NCBI RefSeq assembly: GCF_001194135.2
Contig: NC_068983.1
Location: 159,206,202 to 159,270,201, forward strand
Source of the DNA: Octopus bimaculoides
Taxonomy: Eukaryota
DNA length: 64,000 nt
Direction of reading: 5' to 3'
Shown: positions 14,284 to 28,367 of the stretch, piece after piece
Position numbering within the stretch: the first letter of the stretch is position 1
How the letters are laid out: each line of letters opens with the position of its first letter
Program-made: the position numbers and the translations under genes
Notes under the pieces: model-generated
What the model was told of the DNA's origin: nothing
The model's input: only the letters and a program-made list of their open reading frames with translations
The model's database searches: none

Positions 14284-15014
14284 GCAAACACGTACATACA
14301 TACTTACATACATATGTTCGTACGCACAATAATGTGTGACACACAGACACATTCGAATACACATGCATACATTTATAGCATATAAAGTACCAAAAAAATG
14401 TGTTTTCGTTTGCAACATCATTGACAAAGCAATTAAATTAATGTTTAAATAAATATTTCAATTGAAGTAAATAAATGTTTGTTTGTTTTTTTTTTATTAT
14501 TTTTGTATTTGTTTGTGTCATTTAATTTTAATATTGGAATCCTATAAAATATTAAAACGGACAAAGCACTTTACTAATACAGAAACGTTTAAATAGTTCC
14601 CCATATAAATAAACGCATGCGCACACGCGTCTTCCATACCCACGCATACGCACAGATATACATATAGGCATATATTCATAATATATATGTGTATATATTA
14701 CATACATACATATGTATATATACATGTATAAAAGCACACAGACGCACACACACACAAACACATGTACACATATACAGGAAAGTATATGTACGTACATATA
14801 AATACACACACACATTTATATATGATAATTAGTACATCATAATTAGATACGTATAAAATATACATATGTGTATATTAAATGTGTATAAAATATATATTTA
14901 ATTTGGCTTCGTATGTCCCTGGCACAAGTGCTTCCTGTATAATCTTGTCAGAACCCTCTTCGGGAACAAAAGCAATATTTCTGAATTTTATTCGCTGTGC
15001 GGATATATTCTCTT

Positions 15015-15437
15015 CTACTCTGGGTGCAAGGCCTGAAAATTTGGGGGAGGGGGGGGCAGTCGATTAGATCGACCTCAGTACGCAACTGGTACTTAATTTA
15101 TCAACCCCTAAAGGGCGAAAGGAAAAGTCGACCTCGGCGGAATTTGAACTCAGAACATTAAGACAGATGAAATACAGCTAAGCACTTAACCCGGCGTGCT
15201 AACGTTTCTTAGTTCTTTATTGCCCACACGGGGCTAAACATAGAGGGGACAAACAAGGACAGACAAAGGGATTAAGTCGATTACATCGACTCCAGTGCGC
15301 AACTGTTACTTAATTTATCGACCCCGAAAGGATGAAAGGCAAAGTCGACCTCGGAGGAATTTGAACTCAGAACGTAACGGCAGACGAAATACCGCTAAGC
15401 ATGTCGCCCAGCGTGCTAACGTTTCTCCCAGCTCACC
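15015..15437 (-). mobile_element. Two adjacent SINE family A copies
   Basis: gtcgacctcgg(c/a)ggaatttgaactcagaac occurs at about 15127 and 15344; the copies have different 3' tails. Confidence 0.8.
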
Positions 15438-15480
15438 ACCTTTGAGGGCGGAAATATTGCAAAATTACAGGAAGTATTTA

Positions 15481-16550
15481 TGAGGGTTAGCTGAAAGTTT
15501 CACAAGCTGATCAAGATACTCTCATTGTGATGGAAGGAGGTTTATTTCTCAAGACAGTCCCCGTCCCGTTGCAGTCTTCACATGTTTTTTATCGTTGGTT
15601 TAGTGCTTTGATCCCATTGGTGAAGAAGCATTTATCTTGTTAATCAAGAAAGTCATCTAAAGCAGATATGACGTCATCATCACTGCGATACTGCTTCCCA
15701 GCCAAGTGGGTTTTTTTTCATATTGGTAAACAAATGATACTCAGGCGGGGCCAAATCAGAGAAACAGGTAAGATGATCGACCAGATCAGACACAGTAGCC
15801 ATTGAGACCAAGGACTTGTGTGGTGGAACATTGACCTGATAAAACAAGAACCCTTTCTTCAGTTTTCCTGGGCGTTTGGACTTGAAATCTTTCATAACTG
15901 TTTCAGCAAGTTGGCATAGTAGTTCCATTTGATGGTGTGGTCCTTTTGAAGATAGGAAATAAAAACAAAATGAAGGCCAGATGAAACGTCCCTGGCCCTT
16001 TTGGAGCAGGTGAGTAGAGGTGTTTCCACTAAACGAATTCTTTCTTTGTCTTTAGGTCAAAGTCATGAAGCCAACACTCATCTCTGCTTAGGAAACGTTC
16101 AAAGAAACCATCTGGATCTACCTCAAACAATGTCAGACTTTCCAGTGATGTCATAAGCCTGACGCGCTTTTGATCAAGTGTGAGAAGACTTGGCACCCAC
16201 GGAAGAGAAAGCTTAGTCATGCCAAGTTCATAGTACAGAATTTTCTCAACTTACTCGCAGGATGTTATGAGAAAACTGGCTATTTGATTTCTAGTCAAAC
16301 GTCTGTCATCTGTCAGCATGTCGTGAACACGGTCAATATTTTCGTCGGTGAGGGTACTTACAAGACACTCCCTTCCCCACTCAAATTCAGCTGCCCACAT
16401 TTCTATTGTTTTGAAAGCTGGCGTATCATCATTTAGTGTAGTTCTCATGTCAGCAGGAACGTCCTTGGCGGCTAAACACTATATTTGCAAGTAATTGATA
16501 AGATCACGAAGCGAGATTTTCTTCGTTTTCAAGAGAAGTCGTTACTAATT
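15481..16550 (-). mobile_element. Decayed mariner transposon, irritans/Himar-like subfamily
   Basis: ORF fragments: DDTPAFKTIEMWAAEFEWGRE...DENIDRVHDMLTDDRRLT, WVPSLLTLDQKRVR...RDECWLH, KRPGKLKKGFLFYQVNVPPH...SDLAPPEYHLF, HLAGKQYRSDDDVISA. A TA-TGAGGGTTAGCTGAAAGTT TIR-like end sits at 15479-15499. Confidence 0.88.
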
Positions 16551-16807
16551 ACGATTTAAAATCTTTCAACAGTCAGATATCAGATATCATGCACACACAC
16601 ACACACGCTCACACACACACTCACATATATATATATGTGTGTGTGTGTGTATGAGTGAGAAAAAAATAAGAGTACTAGGTATTTGGTTAGCCTTAATCGT
16701 CTTTCTCAACAATTTGACTCTTCTCCATATGATGATTTGAAATGTCTTGGGCGTATAGGACATTCATCAAGAAACTTCATGTCATGTTGTCTGTAATTAA
16801 ATACATG

Positions 16808-16854
<47 letters not shown>

Positions 16855-16949
16855 NNNNNNNNNNNNNNNNNNNNNNNNNNNNNNNNNNNNNNNNNNNNNN
16901 NNNNNNNNNNNNNNNNNNNNNNNNNNNNNNNNNNNNNNNNNNNNNNNNN

Positions 16950-16993
<44 letters not shown>

Positions 16994-17853
16994 CACATAC
17001 AGAGAGAGAGAGAGGCAGAGAAACAGACATATAGGCAGAGAGATACAAATTTTGATTACAGCGGTGACAGAGTTTTGAATAGCTTACATCCATAATTATT
17101 ATCTCCGTATTTTCTTTCGCCGAAAAATCTATCCAATGCGCAATTTTCCAAAAACAGAAAATTTTTCCGAAAATAATTTTCTCCGTCAAAAACTTACTTT
17201 CCAAACACGAAGGAAACCCTTCACTGATCTCAAAATATTCCTGTAGTCAATACCATTCTTAATTCATTTGTTAGTATATTTCCATAATGTATCGTTTGAT
17301 GTATTCATCAGAATGGGATTGTGAGCAATTATTCTGTCATATTACTTGTTCGATTATACGTTATTGTTATATAGTTATATAATCATTGACGTTCTGTATT
17401 TCGTTAGAGGGTAATAATATGGATGTAATGTCAATGATAGCTTTATGTAAGTTGTATGTGTGGCTGGAGGCGGCGTGTATTAGACACTCGAATATACCAA
17501 CATGCGCATGTACATACTTTCATACGCATGCGCAGGTACATATNNNNNNNNNNNNNNNNNNNNNNNNNNNNNNNNNNNNNNNNNNNNNNNNNNNNNNNNN
17601 NNNNNNNNNNNNNNNNNNNNNNNNNNNNNNNNNNNNNNNNNNNACATACATTCATACAGATGTACACGCGCATGTATATACATAGATACATGTATGTATG
17701 CATGTATGCGTGTGTGTTTGTGAGCGTATACGGAGAGAGAGAAAGAGAAATTGTTAGTGTGTGTAAACGATAAAGAGGGTGAGTGTGAGAGACAGACAGG
17801 TTGAAAGTGAAAGAGTAATTAGGTACTAGAAAGAGCGATCGAGCGAGCGAGTG

Positions 17854-17959
<106 letters not shown>

Positions 17960-20111
17960 GGAAGTCATTTACAAGGTGGTCTCTGGAATATAATTCTTAA
18001 GCTAATTCTATAGTTAGATGGGTACATTTAATGGCACATCTCAAGTTTTCCCTTTGTCATAATACAATTTCAGTATTGTAGTTCCGTTTACATGAAATTT
18101 TGTGTCACAAAAATGTGAAAGATAATTGCACCTGAAGTGACTGCTGTGAAATCCTGTAATTTCATAAAACCATGCATCGAAAATATCTTAAGGGTAAGTG
18201 GCATAAAGGGAATTGGGTAACTTGGTGCAGCAGAAAGGGACTCAGGAAAATACTGTCTGACTGAGATTTTCGATCGTATGCACGAAACGTATTGGTCCAT
18301 TATATCGCAATGGGTATTGCTTGGGATGCGTCTGATATAGGATAGGTAGGCTTTCCAGACCACATAAACATTTGAGAAATTGTGAACTATTCTTCAAAAT
18401 TTGTCGATCCATCGATGAGAACGTCCATACACAGAATAACGTTAGTCGCCAAGAAAGAACAGAGGTGACAATATGGACGAGTGATTCTTTATTAACTTCG
18501 TAGCTGTATGAAGATATATGACAAAAGAGGCTCAGAGACCACGTAAAAGTTATATGTACGTTCTATACATCGTTTTCATTGTTATATAGATATATAAAAA
18601 AAAAATCATGAGATTTTACTGTCGTCACTTCCGTTTCTATCACAATTTATATTCTCACCTTTTTAGGACACTAAACTGCATGTTAGCTTTATAGTTCTAC
18701 GATGTATCTTGACACATGATTTCGTGTGCTTGTAAAGGAGGTATTACAACGCTTAATATCAATATCTATTGGTAATCTACAACAGCTTGAAATTTTAGGT
18801 TATGATTAGAAATGTCATGTTATAATATTAAAGCAAAGCTTAGAAGCCAACGTTGTTACCACATGTATCCTTATCACAAGGTTACTAGTTTTTACCGTGT
18901 GATAACACATTCTGCGGTTTGAAATACCGGTTTTATGTAAGCTGTCCTGATCTAAAAGCAATGGAACTCATATTCTTTTGGATGTGTGAATCCTTTTCAT
19001 GTGTATAAGATAAGAACAGTTTGGATAAATATACAACTAATACGAAATGCTCCAGATCTTGAGTCTTTTCCCTTGTTTTATTTTCATCAACAACATATTA
19101 TATAAACCATCTCTGATTTCACATTAAAGTTATTATGAGTCTCTTCAAAGACCTTCCTAAGAAACACTCTTCTCGTAAGTGCTATTAAGAATTTCCAAAG
19201 TCACAAAGGTCTACGAGACATTACTAAAGACTTCAGCTACATAAGTTTCACATGTAAGAAGAACTGAACTCAATAACAAGCAAACGAAACACTCGTCAAA
19301 ATATATAGAGCTCTATTGCTTACAGCAAATATATCTTCATATACTACTTTCTAATACTTTGAAAGACTGGAGTAGTGGAAGTTAAGTACTGACTGTGTGC
19401 ACAGAGTTAGCGATAACGTGTAAACCGTCAATCGTACTGCTGGTAATTCGATAATCCATGTAATTCGATTCTGTTAATTTTAAGAACCTGATACTTCTAT
19501 CGTCTGTGAATTATACAATATGTTGTAATGTCATAATTTATAATGGAAACCCGGTACTCAGCTTAGCGCTCACTGTGCTGTACGCTGGGTTAATGCTAGT
19601 ATCTACATTCAAAGTAATCACTCACTCTTCCCTAACTAATACTATTCAAATTGCAAACCTTTTGAACCAAGTACAAGGTCTCTGTTATCTGAAGCCCAAG
19701 TTCATCTCATTAAAGGAGATTCCACAATGATGTACACCGTAAATCAGATTATTAATAAAAGCAAACGTTTTATTAATAACCTTGTTTCAGCAAAGTTATT
19801 CAAGAATCGAGATACAAGCGAACGAGTCTCTGCGTTGTCATACATCCCACTAGAAGCAGCAGCTTAATATCCATGGGATCCTTGGATGGTTATGGCTGGA
19901 ATACTTTGAATAATGCTTTTGATTATAAGTTCGTTCGATTAGGGCTGGTCTGCGGCTAAATCAATGACAACTACATTAGATTCACATTATTACAACGGAC
20001 TAAATTCATAGGAACGTTGCAGAACGATTCAGAGCTTATGCAAATGTAACAATTACTGTCGTAGGAATCGTTACCGCAGTTAAAAATGTTATTTCTCTTA
20101 AAAGACTGAAA

Positions 20112-20313
20112 TACAGGGTGGCCCAAAAGTAGGTTTACAGTTATTCAACTATCTCTTCGCATTCATATATTAACAGTTTAGATCTTAATTATAACAAAAA
20201 AAAAAATGAAACCATTATTCTGAGCTAATTTAGTTAATTAAATGTAATATGTTTCAAAAGAAATTTAAAGTACCTACGTGATAATTGTAAACCTACCTTT
20301 GGGCCACCCTATA
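20112..20313. mobile_element. 198-bp Tc1/mariner-type MITE with TA target duplication
   Basis: TA|CAGGGTGGCCCAAAAGTAGGTTTACA ... TGTAAACCTACCTTTGGGCCACCCTA|TA: 26-bp TIRs with 2 mismatches and an AT-rich core. Confidence 0.8.
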
Positions 20314-20419
20314 TACGAGAGGTATACATTTCCATTAACAAATTTTCAACTGTTTACAGACATATGCATACATACGAGCACATTCACACGCACTCGACAC
20401 ACGCACGTGCGCAAACACA

Positions 20420-20486
<67 letters not shown>

Positions 20487-20697
20487 CAAACAAATTCTAT
20501 ACAGTGAGTAAATTTACACCTACCGCCGTCCCCTCGAACATATAATTAGTGAACTCCTACTCTAAAACTATTTTGGTCTTATAATCCCCAGAGAGAATAT
20601 GTGATTCTAGCAATCACAGGATCGTGGTTTGGGCCTAGTTAAGTTTCTTTCATCTTGTGTGATTAAGTTAAAACCTGGCTCAATCTCTTAGGGCGAC

Positions 20698-20920
20698 AGT
20701 ATGTATGTATGTATGTATGTATGTATGTATGTATGTATGTATGTATGTATGTATGTATTGATAGATAGATAGGTATATGTACGTGTCTGTCTGTCTGTCT
20801 GTCTGCTTGTCAATCTGTCTGTCTGCTTGTCAATCTGTCTAGCTATCTAAGAAAAGCTCTACAGTTGTATTTGTCCCCTCTGTGTGCAGCCCTGTGTGGC
20901 TAATAAAAGAAAGTTATCTA

Positions 20921-20981
<61 letters not shown>

Positions 20982-21088
20982 ATCTCTGTCTCTCTCTCTC
21001 TTTTCTCTCTCTCTCTTTTCTCTCTCTCTATCTATCTATATCTATCAATCTATATATGTATATGTATACATACACATACGTACTTACA

Positions 21089-21141
<53 letters not shown>

Positions 21142-21285
21142 ATGTACCTACCTACCTACCTACATACCTACCTACCTACATACCTACCTATCTACCTACC
21201 TACCTACCTATCTACCTACCGACCGACCTACCTACCTATTTGCTTGCCTGCCTGTCTGCCTGTCTGCCTGTTTGTCTGTAACCAT
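20698..21285. repeat. Compound microsatellite (TATG, GATA, CTGT, CT, CTAC)
   Basis: Seen directly. Confidence 0.9.
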
Positions 21286-21616
21286 GCTAAATCATCTGGT
21301 GTTATAGATATAGCTTTTAGTGTACGAGGAAGCTTACATACGTCAGCTGCTATGTAATATATTAGATCGTCATGTTTATTCTAGCGGTTTATAGCTGCCA
21401 AACAGTTTAGAACGAGACTAGGAATATTTTCTGGTAGAGAAAAAGAAATATGTATACACTCTGCTGTGCAAAGTGTAATTTTCCTCCCTTTTTCATCTCT
21501 CTCTTTTTTGCCGCGCAGTTCTCTCTCACGTATACATTCAAATGTATACTCTACTTCCATGTTATATAACCTGAGTGAGGTGATGAACCATAACTCTCGA
21601 GTATAAAGTATGGTAC

Positions 21617-21652
<36 letters not shown>

Positions 21653-21692
21653 AAGGTTTGGAGGTGATGTACAGAAATTATATCGAAAAAAA

Positions 21693-21903
21693 TTAATTAA
21701 GGTACTCAGAAACCTGGATGTTTGTACATTTACAGATTTTTATTAATGTCACATATTAAATGAAGCGCTTTTCACCTAGTCGTGTAGGTTTTTCAAATTG
21801 TTTTGAAAACAATTTGAAAAACCTACAGCGCTTCATTTAATATGTGACATTAATAAAAATCTGTAAATGTACAAACATCCAGGCTTCTGAGTACCTTAAT
21901 TAA
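21693..21903. repeat. Long near-perfect palindrome (hairpin)
   Basis: Arms of about 98 bp are centred on G21805, with one mismatch and one 14-nt bulge (21769-21782). Confidence 0.92.
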
Positions 21904-21904
21904 A

Positions 21905-21941
<37 letters not shown>

Positions 21942-22084
21942 TTATACTAGAATGTTTTCTACCCGTCACATGATGGGTAACGCTACGGGTAATTTCATAA
22001 AAGTTAAATTATAGGTGTTGTATGTATGCCATATTTCCTGATATTACTCATGGTGATAGAAGTGTATTGATATCGGTTTCAAGC

Positions 22085-22245
22085 TTTGGCACAAGGCTAG
22101 CAATTCTGTAGGAGAGAGTAAGTCGATTACATCGACAACACTACTCAACTGGTACTTACTTTATCGACCTGGGCAGAACTTGAACTCAGAAATTAAAGAC
22201 GGACGAAAATATTTTGCCCGGTGCGGTAACGGCTTTGCCAGTTCA
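22085..22245 (-). mobile_element. SINE family A, partial
   Basis: ggcacaaggc...agtcgattacatcgac...ttgaactcagaa. Confidence 0.65.
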
Positions 22246-25200
22246 GTATGTATGAACATCATTGTAGGATTTGTAGTGATATATTAATTCGGAACTATTT
22301 ACTATAAATGCCATAGTGATTAATGCTTATTCGAAACGCAATAAAGGAAAATATTTATGACATTAAGCATTGCATACATACGCATATATAACATTGAAAT
22401 ATTCTTCCAAAGAAAATCCATGAAATTTGTTTTTTTTGGGGGGAGGGAATCTAAGAGCAGAAAGGTCAGTAAGCCTATAATTCTTTTTACTTTCTAGGTT
22501 TATAGAAAGGGATTGTGCCCCTTGGCTTTTGTAGATCATTTTGAATCATTGAAATTTATGCCATTGTCAGCTATCAAGTTACTAGATTCTGAAACATTTT
22601 CTGGATCTGAAGAGGCAGTCGATGAGATGCTGTCCTGTCTATGTTTGAAAGTTCCCTTAGACAGGCGAAGGAAAGAGAGAAATAACTCATAGGAGACTGA
22701 TTCGTGCACTTGAAAGAAAAGAAAAAAAAATGCCCTAAAGATACCCGATGGTCAAGAGGTGTCAAACGAATTAAGCCTTATTACTCAAGGATGATATGAC
22801 GTACTACTTAATATCACTATACTAATGCATATTAATTTCCATAGCAGTTGTTGTAACTAACAAAATTGAACAATGGAGCCAGCAATGAATACTGTACTTC
22901 ATTGCAACAACAATGTGGATATCTAAAATATAAGCGTTGTACAGTGTCGTGGTAAATCACACAATCGCATTGTTCATGTAGGCGATACCAAGAATTTGTC
23001 TTCGTGCAGTGTGTTTTGGGAAAGCCAAAGTATGCTAAAGGTATGAATTGGACCCAATATTGAACACTAACAAACATTTGTCAAGTATGCAGTGCTGTTA
23101 CTGCATTAACTACAAGCTGTACCACCCTTTGGTACTTGTGTACTGATAACGGGATGGATAAATGAGAGTTTGGTATCTAAGTTTACGAATCGATTAGTCA
23201 GGGAATGAAGTGCAATGTCCATTCCTATTTTCTGAGGCTCCTAAATTGTTAGAAGGAAAGGTTTCCTTCTGACCTTGGCTAAATACATGAAACAGATTAG
23301 GCTCTACTAAAGGCACACAAACACTAGGTGGTAGTAATAAATAAGGTCACAAATTAGGTGTAAAACCCAGCAATAAGCACAGTTGATTTGACTGGCTTTC
23401 ACACAATACCCGTCTAGCCGATTTCACTCCTCGCAAAGCATGGTTCGAACCGAAACTTATGGTAGAAGTCACTTCACGAAGATGCCATACTGTGGGATCG
23501 AGCCCGGTAACAAACGATTGCAAAGCAAATTTGTTAATCATATAGCCATACCTGTTCCTATCATTGGTAATGTGATATGGAACGCCGTATCATTACACCT
23601 ATCTCGTTATCCCAATGAAGTTAATGTATCTTCTCTGGAAGAACACTTTCGCACGGTGTTTTCAATTCTAGTCTTGTATTTACTTAATAAGGAAGCTACT
23701 GTTTATGTTGCTTGCTTTCGACATTGACACAGATATCAGATAATTTAGAAGATAGCTATAATCTAGTGAATTATCTACGCTTTTTACGATGTAACTATTC
23801 AATATTAAGTTTTAATACACCGTGTTATTTTAAACTGGCGTTGATATGTAAACGTATACACCAACGCATGGATTAGTCAATTGAAGTAAACACACGTATT
23901 TATACATATGTGCACGTACACATATACATATGTACACACACACGCACGCACGCGCACACACACACACACACATACACACACCTACACACTATCTGATACT
24001 CAGTGTTTCTACCCCATTTATTTGTAGTTATGGACCTACGACTGTTTGAACACAATTCTAAGATATTAATAATCCTGTCGTAAAAAGCGCACATTTTCTA
24101 CCCATTACTTCTAATTATTTCCCCCTTTTATTTCACAATCGCTCTGTTCTGCCGCTAGAGATATTTCTATCTATACACCCGTTCAAAATTTCTTCGTCTT
24201 TGTCTCGTCTGGATTGAGACGAACATACAAAACCATATATCATATATGTTCTAATTCAGTGTTTCCTATTGAATGATTCCCAAATAATCGTATCGTAAAA
24301 TAAATATAAATTTATAGTTCTCTTTTGCTTTTCAGAGTCAATCAATTGAGCCTTCATTATCCCTGTGAAAATAATTTTCTACTATCTGAATTTGATCTAA
24401 CCTGTTCAAAATCCACCATTTTGTCGCATTTTATATTTTCTCCAATCACTTTTTATACAAATTTAAGATCGTTACTTCTAAATCTAGAGCTAATAACCAT
24501 TACAAAAATGATAAAGCTTTCATCCCTGTGAAATGATTATCTATTTCTTTAAGTGACACAATTCTGTTATTTCATATAATAGATTTTTGACTCGTACGAT
24601 AAAAAAAAAATATTGAAGCGTTCCATCTTTGTCTTATATACTTAAAAGATTAATAAAATTGTAACATTTTCACTATCATACATTCCAACTATTTGTTTTC
24701 CTCGGTCATTTTGTCACACCTTTTTCTTTTTACTCTAACGACACCTAAATTAGTGACAGTGACATACCAATATATATTCACAACAAGCGTAAAAAAATAT
24801 CTAGAATGCTATAGGTGGAACAACTAAAGGAACTGTTTATCAAGAAATCCCTAGCTGAGAAATGTTTTGAGGTTATGATGTAAAGGCACTTATTTAAACA
24901 CCACAGTGTATTTCATTCGTGGCTCTCTACGGTTCACCACCGGCTTCCCTAAGCACATTGAATATAAAGGAAATGTTGACAAGAGGTTAAATCAATTCAT
25001 AATGATATGCTACTAATAATCACGTAAAGCAGTACACACTGTTTCAGTCGGGCAGTTGGCGACCAAACTGGTAAAATCTCCTTTGTATCTCATCCTGGTG
25101 CATGGAGGGTGAACAGACACCCTGTCAGGATAAAATAAATACTTGTATACAAGGGCACACAAGTACAAGGAGTCAATGGCTTTTATTAAAGCTTGTGTGT

Positions 25201-25282
25201 CTAGTACTGTTGAACCTCTTGGTAATCCCTCACCTCCGGTTATCTATTTTAAATCCTGTCTTTACTTGACTTAGGGTGACCC

Positions 25283-25362
<80 letters not shown>

Positions 25363-26026
25363 CTCTTTGGTATATGTAAGGACTACCCAGCGAAGTTTAA
25401 ATGAGATCTGGTTAGGATTATCAAGAGCTCATCTTAACTATCATTCATTTCTTTCCATAGAGATAAAATGCAGTATTGACTGCTGAGTGATGTTACTCCT
25501 GTCGCATTGTCGGAAACTACAGACAGGTACCATTTATTTATTAACAAGGGACACAGATTCTCATGACAAGCTTAATATCTAAATGTTTTCCTTCGGACAG
25601 ACAAGCGTGCGTTGCAATAATTGTAGCTGGCAGTTTTATTAGAAACATCAGCTCTTATTGCCATCGGCATATTAGGTTACGTGATAATATGTTTAAATTA
25701 TAAATATAAATCTAGCTTTAATCATTCATGAAAAATTAGCAAGTCCTTGTAAAAAGACTATATCCGAGTTCATTATGTGACACCTATACACTTATGTTTA
25801 GCTGACGAGGCATCCTACATTGTGGAACTAATAGCCAAATTTTCTCAAGTTACAGTCTATTGTCTTAAAAACAGAAAGGACACATTGCATAATATAATCG
25901 TAGATATTCAAAATGATAGGATGGTCACTGATAGAACGGCTTTGATTAACCCGGGACTGAACAACAATAACGATTGTCGTTATTCATATATTAACATATA
26001 TTTAATGTTCTCGAAGCAGCAGCAGC

Positions 26027-26057
<31 letters not shown>

Positions 26058-26979
26058 CCACCACCTACAAGAACAACAAGAACGACAAGCTGAAGGAAGA
26101 CTCTATATGTATTCACTAAACGTGCTACATTTAAGAAGTAGCCAAATCTTCCTCATATCACATATTTAGCAAAGGAAGAACGCATTGAATAACGTGGTCC
26201 AAAAACGCCTGAGCGAGAACACCTTTCATCATAGGTTTTCTTAAGTATTTTTTTTTTACTTGAAATGAAAAGACCAAGCACGATAACTATATCGCGCACA
26301 TACACACACACTGACGCCTCCACACACACACACACACGCCCCCACATCAAACATGTGCACGTACACAGATATTTATAGCTTGTTTACTTGTGTGCGTAAC
26401 TCTTACATTGTGAGATGATACGACTAGACAGCACGGTTAAAAACAGAACCGGAGTATTAAGGTGACTGACGTCACCAGCTGAGAAACGTGAAATACGTTA
26501 CTCGTAGCATAACGACTATTCCAAACATCATTCGTATATTCTAGTTGTAATGAGCTAAACTTAGATGAAAACACAGAGTTTCCCCCCTCTTCAGCAACAA
26601 AAATAGCAGCTCTCTAGTGTCTAGAGAATAGAATATTGCTTCGTCATAACTGACTTAATATTAACATCTCAACAGAAAGTAGAGGAATAACTTGAAGATG
26701 AATCAACGTGCTATGAAATAAAACCCATACAAACCTACAAAGTCATCTTTAATTTCTAGTAAGAATTTGTTTTTAGATCCAAGACAGCCTCAAACAAATG
26801 GACTTGTAATGTCTATGACTAGTTGTCTAGATTTAAAACGGTACAGTGTAATTTGGAGGTTGTTATTTCAAGACGGTCGATCCACCATGTACAGTTTCCG
26901 CCGTTAACTCATTTCTACTAAAACTGTTCTGTTGGTGATATAGAGTTAATTAGTATTATTAGTTCCCTTAATAACGTAG

Positions 26980-27200
26980 CGAACCGGCAAAATTGTTAGC
27001 ATGCCAGACAAAATGCTTAGCAGCATAAATCCGGCATTTTGTTCTTAGTTCAAATGCTATCGAGGTCGACTTTGACTGTCATCCTTTCAAGATCGATAAA
27101 TAAGTACCAGTTGAGCATTGAGGTTGATGTAATCAACTTCCCCTCCCCTCAAAGTTACTTGCCTTGTGTAAAAAAATCAGAAAGAATTACTAGTCCCTTA
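26980..27200 (+). mobile_element. SINE family A
   Basis: gcgaaccggcaaaattgttagc...gttcaaatgctatcgaggtcgacttt...gataaataagtaccag. Confidence 0.7.
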
Positions 27201-28367
27201 CGATGCGATCATGTGTTTTCGTTATCTGTTTCTATTCTGTCGTATATTGAAGTCTATAACTGCCATATTGTACAACTTCCAGCACTATGTCAAGTTTAAG
27301 TCTAAAACACTTAACCCTAAACTACGAGGTCCTCCTAGTTCTCAGAAAACATCGCAGATAGTATAATTAACAACTGTAAATTTGGCGGATATTTCGGCTT
27401 CTAGTTGTTATGTTCAATTTTACCCGGAGTTACCTGTGATAAACCAACGTCATACATGGAGGACGAGAAAGAGAATTAGTAATCCATCGCTTAATCTAAC
27501 GCAATCAAATATATGCATTGCTCTTATGGCTTCTTTTGATTCAGAAATAAAATGAACTTCATAAATAATTTTTTCTGAGTATATGAATAATTAGCACCAC
27601 AATTTCAAAATCGAGCGTAGAATACATGAACAATATATAAAGGCGAGTTTATTGGAAACTCCAAGAAAATGGAATCGCATCTCAGGTCTATCAATTACAG
27701 AAAACAGTTGTTCGGTGCGAATTAGCGATATGATATATTATTTCGATGTAGATTATTAACTGAATATTGACCTACGAACTTCACGATATCCGACTAGTTA
27801 TTTTATGAGTTGATTTAAAATGAAATTAGATGTAGCTTAAATAAAGGAAATAGTAATATAGTAAATTTAAACAAGAATGGTTTTATAAAGATTTAGTTAT
27901 TTGACTATTCTATCTAACTGTTCTTTATTTTCTTTTCCCTTCCTAACAATTTTAGAGGAGTCAGATGGAGATTCGAAAACTTACTGGGGTTGAAATCTCT
28001 GTAAAATTAACATTTTATCTTTATTATATGTATATATATATATATCAATAAAGCCGGGATGGCAATNNNNNNNNNNNNNNNNNNNNNNNNNNNNNNNNNN
28101 NNNNNNNNNNNNNNNNNNNNNNNNNNNNNNNNNNNNNNNNNNNNNNNNNNNNNNNNNNNNNNNNNNNNNNNNNNNNNNNNNNNNNNNNNNNNNNNNNNNN
28201 NNNNNNNNNNNNNNNNNNNNNNNNNNNNNNNNNNNNNNNNNNNNNNNNNNNNNNNNNNNNNNNNNNNNNNNNNNNNNNNNNNNNNNNNNNNNNNNNNNNN
28301 NNNNNNNNNNNNNNNNNNNNNNNNNNNNNNNNTATATATATATGTATGTATATACATACGTTATTTT

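Noticed and set aside
18088-18363. Minus ORF VWKAYLSYIRR... as the cholinesterase C-terminal exon
   Set aside because: Only W-K-x-Y-L resembles the expected tail. It lacks the NPN start, the C-x-F-W motif and a suitable acceptor, and there is an in-frame stop upstream.
22860-23170. Cys-rich reading frames
   Set aside because: Interrupted by stops, with no recognisable domain spacing.
25340-25425. Minus-strand NPNQISFKLRW...KEL as the next exon
   Set aside because: The preceding bases are GA, not AG, and the frame runs into a (CT)n tract.
25777-26169. 130-aa ORF with poly-Q/H
   Set aside because: Driven by a CAG/CAC/CAA repeat, with no domain or splice support.
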